Below are positions 12,298 through 19,987 of a DNA stretch of 32,000 nt, piece by piece (the stretch's first letter is position 1; every line of letters begins with the position of its first letter). The stretch spans positions 120,001-152,000 of the forward strand of contig NZ_CP043314.1 in the NCBI RefSeq assembly GCF_008189525.1, read 5' to 3'. The stretch is from Candidatus Saccharimonadota bacterium (GTDB taxonomy: Bacteria > Pseudomonadota > Alphaproteobacteria > CAJXXZ01 > 1604HC). A model generated the notes under the pieces. It made no database searches. It was given only the letters and a program-made list of their open reading frames with translations, and was not told the origin of the DNA. A program made the translations under genes and the position numbers.

Positions 12298-13722
12298 ATG
12301 AAGAAAATATTTTTATTAACTCAAATAATTGCGATGAATGTTTTTGCGATGTCAGGTGGAGAAGAGATAGGGTGCATGCCTTCTTCTCCTGTACAAGTTC
12401 CTGGTCAAGCTGTTGAACCTGCTGCTCCGAGTTCAGCAACACCAGTTAATGATGGTGAGGATTTGAAATTAGATTCTGGTCAAGCTGGGCAAATTTCTGA
12501 GCCTGTTGTATCAAGCACAGGCACTCAGACAGAATTAAATCTAGAGCCTGATCATGCTGAGCATCTTAAAAAAGTATTTCAGGGAGGCTTGGAAGGGCTT
12601 GGTACTCAGTTTTTTGTACAGCATAAGGAGGAAATACTAGGTTTTATAGATTCTTTAAAGTACAAATCAAAAGAAGAACAAGAAAGTGCAAAACAATCTT
12701 ATCAAAATATGAAAGAAATTCTCAAAACAAATCCTTATAGAGCTGGCCATGATTCTGATAGTTATGATTTTTACGTTGAAAAAGCAACTGTACTAATAAA
12801 GGAGTTATTTAAGGTAGAAGGTGGAGATTTGACTGATGCATCTGTTGGGAAGTTGTTAGATGTAAAAGATTATGAGCTTATGAAGGCATACATAGAAAAT
12901 GCAATGAATAAAAGTATTGGTGTAGAGTTTTTTGAGGGTGTAGATTTAAATAGTGATGTTTTTCGTGTGATGGAAGACAGTTTAAAGCATGAAAGAACAA
13001 AAATCATTGAAAGTATTTTTTCTCATTTTTGCGAATATGTGCTTGGATCTGAATTTGGGATAGGAAGAGTAAGGTCCTGTGCTATCGCAGTACAATCACG
13101 TATTCAAGATCTTTTGCAAGGAAGTATTTCTAATTATGAGAAAAAGATAGAATCAATAAAATCTAAAATTGCAAATCTAGAAAAAGAAAAAACAACATTA
13201 AAAACTGATAAAGCAGACCTAGAAACAAAAATAAGCTCTGCAAAAAAAAAGAGAGATTTGAATATAATAAATTTTTTTAATCCAAAATTAAAAGCTGTAA
13301 AAACAAAAATAAATAATCTCACAAACAAAATAGAAAAACTTCAGAAAGATTTAAATGGAATTCCATGTTTAAATATGGATAAATTTCATCCTCGTACATT
13401 TGATAACAGAGATGGAACTATTGCTCACTATCTTAAAATATTGAGGAAAAATATAAGAGTAGAGTATTTAGATAAAGCGCTTGTTATTGAAGATAATGGA
13501 GATATGAGCAGAGGGTATTTCCGTATTTTTTCTCATTTAGCAAACATGGCTAAGCATGGTATTAATCCATATGAGTACGCTCTTATGAGTGAAGCCTCAG
13601 AAATAGAAAAGCAGGGGCTTGAGATAGACAAGAAAAACACTGAAATGAGCGATTTGGAGTCAAGGTATTATAGGCTAGTTAAAAGATCTAGAAGGAAACA
13701 GGAATATAAAAATAGGCGTTAA
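12298..13722 (+). CDS. Paralog A of an unassigned signal-peptide/coiled-coil protein family (474 aa from ATG 12298)
   Basis: The track ORF is 12271..13722. I prefer ATG 12298 because AGAGGTAAAATGAA (Shine-Dalgarno plus start) is identical in all three paralogs. The signal peptide is MKKIFLLTQIIAMNVFA|MSGG, followed by a Pro/Ser/Ala-rich region. Conserved modules lie at 12991-13119 and 13507-13578, with a coiled coil between them. Confidence 0.85.
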   Translation: MKKIFLLTQIIAMNVFAMSGGEEIGCMPSSPVQVPGQAVEPAAPSSATPVNDGEDLKLDSGQAGQISEPVVSSTGTQTELNLEPDHAEHLKKVFQGGLEGLGTQFFVQHKEEILGFIDSLKYKSKEEQESAKQSYQNMKEILKTNPYRAGHDSDSYDFYVEKATVLIKELFKVEGGDLTDASVGKLLDVKDYELMKAYIENAMNKSIGVEFFEGVDLNSDVFRVMEDSLKHERTKIIESIFSHFCEYVLGSEFGIGRVRSCAIAVQSRIQDLLQGSISNYEKKIESIKSKIANLEKEKTTLKTDKADLETKISSAKKKRDLNIINFFNPKLKAVKTKINNLTNKIEKLQKDLNGIPCLNMDKFHPRTFDNRDGTIAHYLKILRKNIRVEYLDKALVIEDNGDMSRGYFRIFSHLANMAKHGINPYEYALMSEASEIEKQGLEIDKKNTEMSDLESRYYRLVKRSRRKQEYKNRR

Positions 13723-14041
13723 GAAGGCTAAGAAGAGAAAAGTGCTACAAACTCTAATAATTCTAAACCTAAGAAAAAAAATAAAGATGGCTGGAATACA
13801 GTTGGGAAAAGTGGAAAACAAAAGTTGCAAAAATAGGAAATAAAATCTTTTCTGGTTTTGTATAATATAACAATCTAAACCTCCCTTTTCCATCTTATAG
13901 CTTTTTCTGTATGCAATGCATTTAGTAATGAAATAAAAATCTTTCTTTCGTATAAAATTGAAAGTTTGCACAAAGCGTTAAGTAGCAAGGCAATTTCACT
14001 AAAAATCATTAAATTAAAGCAAGTCACTTACCATTAAAATG

Positions 14042-14059
14042 TTCATAATATGTTAATTT
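14042..14059 (+). promoter_or_regulatory. Conserved upstream box of paralog B (TTCATAATATGTTAATTT)
   Basis: Core AATATGTTAA at 14047-14056, 52 nt upstream of ATG 14108. It is followed by TGTGATTAC, which aligns with TGTAATTAC upstream of paralog C and TATAATTGC upstream of paralog A. Confidence 0.35.
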
Positions 14060-14107
14060 TTCTTTGTGATTACCTAAAAGTATTGTACAATAAACCTCAG
14101 AGGTAAA

Positions 14108-15916
14108 ATGAAAAAATTATTATTGTTAACTCAAATTATTACGTTAAATTCTTTTGCGATGTCTGGTGGAGATTCAGCAAGTGACTCGTCAAAAATGTCT
14201 TATACTCACCCAGCTCCATCTGCTATGTCAAGCAAACCTAAAGGGGAATCAGAATTAGTTCCTGAATTAGTTTTTCATCCAAAAGGTACAGAAGAGCATA
14301 AGGGTCTTGGATTATATGGTGAAGAAGTATTTAAGCTTGGTAAAGGGATTTTTAAATCTGAAGAACAAATGGAAGGGTTTCAGGCAAAAATACTTAAAAT
14401 CTTCTCAGATGAATTTGGTGATGAAGATGTAAAAAGTCATAAAAATGCTGTAAGTGATTTCGTTTATTCTTTAACAAATCCACCGAAAGAAAGCGGAAGC
14501 TTTGATTCATATGACTCTGATTTGCCTAGAGAAAAAGTGTTGGAAACAAACCCTTATAGATCTGCTTTAGGTAATCATAATTATGAATCTTATGTTAAAA
14601 AAGTGATTGATCTTATAGAAAATATATTTGAAAAAAAAATAAAACAAATAAAGGAACAAGGAGATTATAATGAAGATCAAGTTTTGGATCTTTTATTAAA
14701 AATACAAGATCATGAATTTATGAAAGAATATTATGATAAATATAAAGAATCTGAGAAACTGAAAGATATTAGAGGAAACAGCCCAGCATTTGCTAAAAAA
14801 GATGCAAAGCTTACTAGAGATAAGAATGATACAGAAAAGGAGCATGAGAAAAAAGCAAGAGAATATCCAGATATTGTAAAAAATGAAAGAACAAAAGTTC
14901 AAGAAAAGATTTTTTCTCACTTTTGCAATGAGATTCTTGGGTCTGAATTTTCAAAAGAAATGGCTAGATTGTGTGCGATAGCAGTACAATTGCGTATTCA
15001 AGATATTTTGCAATATGATATTTCTAAGTATAAAGAGTTTGTAAATAATTGTGATTTGTCGAAATACAATGAACAAAATGATGAGATAAAGAAATTAAAT
15101 GCAGAGTTAGATAAGTCAAATGCAGAGTTAGATAAATCAAATGCATATTTAAAAAAAATAAATGACCTATTAGCACTTAAGAGAGAGAAAAAATCTAATA
15201 AACCAAAAGACAATAACTTAACCGCAGAATTAGAAAAAGAATTAGGCAGAGAGACTAATATAAGGGATTTAATTGCAAAACAAACAGAAATAAAAGTAAC
15301 AATTACTCAGAATGAAGGTTGTATAGAATTATTAAAAGTTGATATAAAAGAAGCAAAACAAAGCTTAGCAAAACTTAATCCACTGTCTGGAGATGTTGCA
15401 GTAGCTTTTGATAGGAGAGCTGGAGAAATGAATGCATATCTTGATATTTTGGTGAAAAATCATAGCAAAAAAGATAAGCATGGCAATCTATTTATTGGAG
15501 ATAATGGTAATCTAAGCAGAGGATATTACCGTATTGTTTCACATTTATCAAATATGGCTAAACATGGAATTGATCCATATGAATATCCTTTAGAAGTTAA
15601 AGTTTCAGAATCGGAAAGTGAAATTACAGAAGAAAAATCTAAAAATCCAAGTCAGAGGACAGTGCGCAGGTCTCCTGGAAAAACTTCTGGAAAAAATCAG
15701 AAAAAAAGTTCTGGAAAAAAGACTGAAGATAAAGCGCAAACAAGACCGCGTTCAGGAAGTGAATTGCTAACCGGGTCACAGGCTAATCTAGAATCTAGGC
15801 AAAAAAGCAAGAATTCTGGTGAGCATGCTAAGGTAACTGGAACATCACCAAGGCCAAAAGTAGCTAAACCAGGAAGCAAGAAAGGTACTTCTCCAGATAA
15901 AAGCTCTAGAACCTGA
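14108..15916 (+). CDS. Paralog B of the same family (602 aa), with a long basic Ser/Pro/Lys/Gly-rich C-terminal tail
   Basis: Signal peptide MKKLLLLTQIITLNSFA|MSGG. Module 1 (14885-15013) is identical to paralog A at 29 of 43 residues. Module 2 (15515-15586) is identical to A at 20 of 24. The coiled-coil middle contains a 21-nt tandem repeat. Confidence 0.85.
   Translation: MKKLLLLTQIITLNSFAMSGGDSASDSSKMSYTHPAPSAMSSKPKGESELVPELVFHPKGTEEHKGLGLYGEEVFKLGKGIFKSEEQMEGFQAKILKIFSDEFGDEDVKSHKNAVSDFVYSLTNPPKESGSFDSYDSDLPREKVLETNPYRSALGNHNYESYVKKVIDLIENIFEKKIKQIKEQGDYNEDQVLDLLLKIQDHEFMKEYYDKYKESEKLKDIRGNSPAFAKKDAKLTRDKNDTEKEHEKKAREYPDIVKNERTKVQEKIFSHFCNEILGSEFSKEMARLCAIAVQLRIQDILQYDISKYKEFVNNCDLSKYNEQNDEIKKLNAELDKSNAELDKSNAYLKKINDLLALKREKKSNKPKDNNLTAELEKELGRETNIRDLIAKQTEIKVTITQNEGCIELLKVDIKEAKQSLAKLNPLSGDVAVAFDRRAGEMNAYLDILVKNHSKKDKHGNLFIGDNGNLSRGYYRIVSHLSNMAKHGIDPYEYPLEVKVSESESEITEEKSKNPSQRTVRRSPGKTSGKNQKKSSGKKTEDKAQTRPRSGSELLTGSQANLESRQKSKNSGEHAKVTGTSPRPKVAKPGSKKGTSPDKSSRT
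15098..15146 (+). repeat. In-frame 21-nt tandem repeat (2 full copies plus a partial third) inside paralog B
   Basis: AATGCAGAGTTAGATAAGTCA (15098-15118) is followed by AATGCAGAGTTAGATAAATCA (15119-15139), which differs at 1 nt, and then AATGCAT... This encodes NAELDKS NAELDKS NAYL. Confidence 0.85.
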
Positions 15917-16186
15917 GAGTCAATCTCTTGCAAAACTAGATCATAAATTATAAAACATTAAGTGAATCTATAAATCTTGATGGTAGAAAAAAGCTACCAA
16001 GTGAAAAATAAGGGGATTTTCCTTAATTTTAATAAATTCGTAATGTAAAAACAAAACAAATAAATTCTACGAAATCTAGAAATAAAATACTGAATATAAA
16101 TTAAGATGTAAATTTATTTTTTCAAAACCATAATTTCAAAGCTTTGAATAAAATTTTTAGCTTTAAATACATTTTTTTATATGTAA

Positions 16187-16204
16187 TTCACAATATGTTA
16201 AATT
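16187..16204 (+). promoter_or_regulatory. Conserved upstream box of paralog C (TTCACAATATGTTAAATT)
   Basis: Core AATATGTTAA at 16192-16201, 61 nt upstream of ATG 16262, the same distance as in paralog A. TGTAATTAC follows at 16217, and an extended -10-like TGTATAAT lies at 16237-16244. Confidence 0.35.
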
Positions 16205-16261
16205 CCAACCTTAATCTGTAATTACGCTTGGATATATGTATAATGGTGCTTTAGAGGTAAA

Positions 16262-18316
16262 ATGAATAAAATATTTTTATTAACTCAAATAATTGCATGG
16301 AATGTCTTTGCAATGGGGAATGATGACATAATTGAAATGCATAAAGATCCTGTTGCTGTGGTTTCAGTTGTGTATGCAGGAGCTGTAGCAGCTCAAAATA
16401 GTGAGTCCAGATTATTAAACCCAGTTAATCACGAAGAAGACATAGTGCCTGAGATTGTCGTTAATGCTAATGAAGATGTTGAGACAGGTTTTGTAATTCC
16501 AGCTAATACTAATGAAGATGAACATAGAGAACCATTTTCTAAAGAAGTTCAAGGTCTAGATCCCAAATTGCTAGAAGATAAAGATAGAGTTGATCGTATT
16601 AGAAAAGGTCTGATGGGTGTTTTGAATACAGAACTAGGCCAGTATGTAAATGAAAACTATATAAATGAAAACTACACTTGGGAAGTAGAAGACTTGATTG
16701 ATGCTTTGAAACGTTCATCAACATTAGGGAAGACTTATCCTTCAGTTTCTATTGAAGAGAGGGAAAAAGCACTAGGAAAAGGTTCTTATAGAGTGGGGTA
16801 TAATAATGAAGATTACAGTTTTTATATTCATAAGGTTGTTGAACTTGTAAATGAACTTTTCCCAGAATATGTTTTAACGGAAAATTGTATTTTGGTTGGA
16901 AGTAAGAGAGACTGGGAGAGCTCATTGCATGGTGTAGTTGTAAATGTGCTTGATATAGAAGGCAAAAATCCTCTCCTTAGTAATGAATATGATGAAAGCC
17001 AGGTTAGTATAAAGGAAACAAACACTCTTAGCAGTGAATATGTAGAGAATTTGTTATATCTTACAAGCCACATAAATGAATTATTAGAATTAGAAGAAAA
17101 AAAGAATGACAAAGACCCTAATAATATGAGAAAATTGTTAGACATAAAAATAGATACAGTGTATCTTTTGTCTGAAAAATTTATAAAAAAATCAGGAAAG
17201 CTAGTAGATAAATCTGTATACAAATTATTAAGTGTAAAAAATGATGAGTTTATGAGAAGATACATATCTAGAGCTAGGAAAACAGAAGAAGGTGAAGCTT
17301 TTTTTGAAGGAATAGAGCTATCATACAATAGTTTAAGTATAGGAGATGATTCTACTTATAAGACAAAAGTTCAAGAAAGAATTTTTACTCACTTTTGCGA
17401 AAATGTACTTGCTCAGAAACGAGAAGAATCTATGAAAAGATTTGTATTTGGGGAAGAAAGAGCGAGAGTATGTGCTATAGCTGCTCAATTACGTGTTCAT
17501 GATTTTATACAAAATCATGTTGGTGAATCGGAAAGTTTTATGGAAAACTCTATGAGTGAGCTTGATTTAGAAAAATATACTGAATTATCAAATAAGCTTG
17601 TAATGTTAGAAGATGAGTTATATGAACTTAAAGAAACAATAAAAGAACTAGAAATTGAGAAGACTAGTTTAGTATTAGCTCTAAAAGATAAAGGGTTACC
17701 AAAACAAGAAAAACAGAGGTTAGCAACAGAAAAGAATGCAAAACAAGATTTATTAAAAGAAAAGAATACAGAAAAAGAAGTTAAAATCTGTCTAATCAAT
17801 GAAAAAAAGGAGTTAATGAAAAATCTTTGCCCTCTAAAGGAAGGAGTTAATGACTCTTTCCAAGAAAGAGCTGGGCAATTGCATACATATCTGAATATAT
17901 TAGAGAAAAATCATAACATAAGAGATACAGAAGAAAATTTGTTTATTAAGGATAATGGCTTTTTAAGTAGAGGATATTTTCGTATTCTTTCATATTTAGG
18001 AAATATGGCTAAGCATGCGCTTGATCCTTATGAATATGAACTTAAAAAAGAAAATGATTCAGGCTCAACAATAAAAGGAACACTTCAAAAAATACTTAAG
18101 TTTGAAAAAAAACTTGGAAAAGTTTTTGAATCTCCAGTGCCAGGTACGGATTTACTTAAATTGCGTGATAAAAATGAAAATCCACGAAAAAAAATGAAAT
18201 ATTCTAGTGATATGGAGAAGCCAGAAGATCCACCACAGATTAACAGAACTGTAAATCCAAACAAGGACTTGAGCAACTCATTAAATGTTTTAAAGGAAAA
18301 TAAAAAAAGAACCTAA
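16262..18316 (+). CDS. Paralog C of the same family (684 aa), longest and most divergent copy
   Basis: Signal peptide MNKIFLLTQIIAWNVFA|MGND; the first 54 nt are 48/54 identical to paralog A. Module 1 lies at 17357-17512 (..FTHFCENVL...RVCAIAAQLRVHDFIQ). Module 2 lies at 17966-18037 (SRGYFRILSYLGNMAKHALDPYEY), 18 of 24 identical to A. It ends ..KKRT-stop, as paralog B ends ..SSRT-stop. Confidence 0.85.
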   Translation: MNKIFLLTQIIAWNVFAMGNDDIIEMHKDPVAVVSVVYAGAVAAQNSESRLLNPVNHEEDIVPEIVVNANEDVETGFVIPANTNEDEHREPFSKEVQGLDPKLLEDKDRVDRIRKGLMGVLNTELGQYVNENYINENYTWEVEDLIDALKRSSTLGKTYPSVSIEEREKALGKGSYRVGYNNEDYSFYIHKVVELVNELFPEYVLTENCILVGSKRDWESSLHGVVVNVLDIEGKNPLLSNEYDESQVSIKETNTLSSEYVENLLYLTSHINELLELEEKKNDKDPNNMRKLLDIKIDTVYLLSEKFIKKSGKLVDKSVYKLLSVKNDEFMRRYISRARKTEEGEAFFEGIELSYNSLSIGDDSTYKTKVQERIFTHFCENVLAQKREESMKRFVFGEERARVCAIAAQLRVHDFIQNHVGESESFMENSMSELDLEKYTELSNKLVMLEDELYELKETIKELEIEKTSLVLALKDKGLPKQEKQRLATEKNAKQDLLKEKNTEKEVKICLINEKKELMKNLCPLKEGVNDSFQERAGQLHTYLNILEKNHNIRDTEENLFIKDNGFLSRGYFRILSYLGNMAKHALDPYEYELKKENDSGSTIKGTLQKILKFEKKLGKVFESPVPGTDLLKLRDKNENPRKKMKYSSDMEKPEDPPQINRTVNPNKDLSNSLNVLKENKKRT

Positions 18317-18668
18317 AATATAGGTAATGTGTTTAATATATAAATTTAACAAAACAGATCTTTATATCTGTAATGTATATTTTCATATTTAGTAAAAAAT
18401 CTTGGAATTATAATTGTATAAATAACTAGAAAATAAAAGAACTGCATTAAAAAGTTCTGTTCACAATCTATGAATATGAATTTCCAGTAATTATTACTTA
18501 GAGTCAGGAAATTTTAAATCTGAATTTTGTCTACTATGCGAGGAATTGGTCTTACTAACTGTTTCTACTTATATTTTTGTTTTTAAGTTTTGTTAAGTAT
18601 ATAAAGTTAAGTATATAAAAACACATTAAAAATTCATTTTTATATAACGATTTAAAGATATGCTTAAA

Positions 18669-19763
18669 TTATTTCCATTTAAACATTGATTTTATGGAGT
18701 CTAGTAAGCTTGTAGCTGTGCTATCGGACATTTCTGATAGTTCTTTCCACAAAGCTTTTTCTTTTGAGCTCATAGAAGACGTAGATGGGATTTTTGTGCT
18801 TACTTTTATATATAAATCACCAATTCTGCCTCTAGACTGCATTCCTAGTTTCTTTATTCTAAGCAAAGACTCTGATTGTGTTCCAGCAGGGATCTTTACA
18901 GATATTTTCTTTCCGTCTATAGAAACAACTTCAGCTTCTCCTCCCATCACTAGAGTTACAGGAGACACCTTGATTGTACAGTGCAAATTCAATCTTTCTC
19001 TGGAGAACAATTTATGTTCAGAAACTCCAACTTGGATAAACAAATCTCCATTTGGTCCTTCTGATCCTATACTGTTTCCTTCTCCTGGAACTCTTAACTC
19101 TTCTCCATTTTCAATTCCAGCAGGGATTTCTATGCTTATTTCTTTATTTTCCTTAACTATACCAGATCCCTTACATGTAGAGCAGAGATTTTTGGATGTC
19201 TTTCCTCTTCCCTTACATGCAGAGCATTCTGATTCAACATGAAAAAATCCATGCCTCATAAGGATTGTACCTTTTCCATTACATGCAGAGCACGCTTCTA
19301 TCGGTCCGCTACTTCCTTTTCCAGAGCATGTTTTGCATGAGCTTGTTTTTGGTATTTTTATTGTCATTTTTGTGCCAGAAAAAGCTTGTTCTAATGTTAA
19401 TTTAACTCTAAATCTTAAATCTTCACCTCTTTTTTGTCTTTGTCTTCCACCTTGTCCACCAAAGAAACTGCTAAATATGTCTTCAAAATCAAATGAGCCA
19501 TTTCCTTGACTATATTGATTCCCATGACCACCAAAACCAGATCCAAAAGGATCGCTTCCTCCTGCATCATACATTGATCTCTTTTTAGGATCCTTTAAAG
19601 TTTCATATGCTTCAGATACTTTTTTAAACTGATTTGCACATGTTTCATTTCCTTTATTAGAATCCGGGTGGTATTTTTTTGCTTTTTTTAAATAAGCAGT
19701 TTTTATTTCTGAATCTGTAGCGTTTTTAGAAACGCCTAATATATCATAAAAATTCTCACTCAT
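18669..19763 (-). CDS. dnaJ: Chaperone DnaJ (Hsp40)
   Basis: J-domain YDILGVSKNATDSEIKTAYLKKAKKYHPD, a Gly/Phe-rich linker, and four CxxCxGxG zinc-finger repeats (CKTCSGKG, CSACNGKG, CSACKGRG, CSTCKGSG). Confidence 0.95.
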   Translation of the reverse strand: MSENFYDILGVSKNATDSEIKTAYLKKAKKYHPDSNKGNETCANQFKKVSEAYETLKDPKKRSMYDAGGSDPFGSGFGGHGNQYSQGNGSFDFEDIFSSFFGGQGGRQRQKRGEDLRFRVKLTLEQAFSGTKMTIKIPKTSSCKTCSGKGSSGPIEACSACNGKGTILMRHGFFHVESECSACKGRGKTSKNLCSTCKGSGIVKENKEISIEIPAGIENGEELRVPGEGNSIGSEGPNGDLFIQVGVSEHKLFSRERLNLHCTIKVSPVTLVMGGEAEVVSIDGKKISVKIPAGTQSESLLRIKKLGMQSRGRIGDLYIKVSTKIPSTSSMSSKEKALWKELSEMSDSTATSLLDSIKSMFKWK

Positions 19764-19987
19764 TTTTTATGTGTGTACTCCTAATTTCATTTTTTAATCT
19801 ATGGTTCTAACTTACATAAAAACTGCAAGGTTTATTTCCATGAGTTTAAGGTTTTTTTATTCCTTAAACATTGTTTTAAACATTAACTGAATAATAACTG
19901 AACAAATATTCTTTTTTAAATAAATTTCTTTAAAAACATTATTTAAAAATAAAACCTTGTTATATTCTTTTCAAATATATGAAAAAA

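Noticed and set aside
13720-13836. After the paralog A stop (TAA 13720) the same frame reads EG, then a second TAA (13729). It then runs 34 open codons, EEKSATNSNNSKPKKKNKDGWNTVGKSGKQKLQK, ending at TAG. This looked like a decayed basic C-terminal tail or a readthrough extension.
   Set aside because: Paralog A's real end (..EYKNRR-stop) aligns with the ends of C (..ENKKRT-stop) and B (..KSSRT-stop), so the stop looks ancestral. A 34-codon open, Lys-rich frame in AT-rich spacer is not statistically remarkable, and two stops would have to be bypassed.
13675-13971. 98-aa minus-strand ORF spanning the spacer between paralogs A and B.
   Set aside because: Its Phe/Ile/Leu-rich translation is typical of random AT-rich sequence. 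It has no RBS or motif and overlaps the 3' end of paralog A.
18694-19242. 182-aa plus-strand ORF, and many other 60-170-aa ORFs antisense to dnaJ, dnaK, grpE, murE, ftsI, rsmH, hppA, rpoD, fnr and the three paralogs.
   Set aside because: All lie wholly inside strongly supported genes on the opposite strand. They have Ser/Phe/Leu/Ile-rich low-complexity translations and no motifs.
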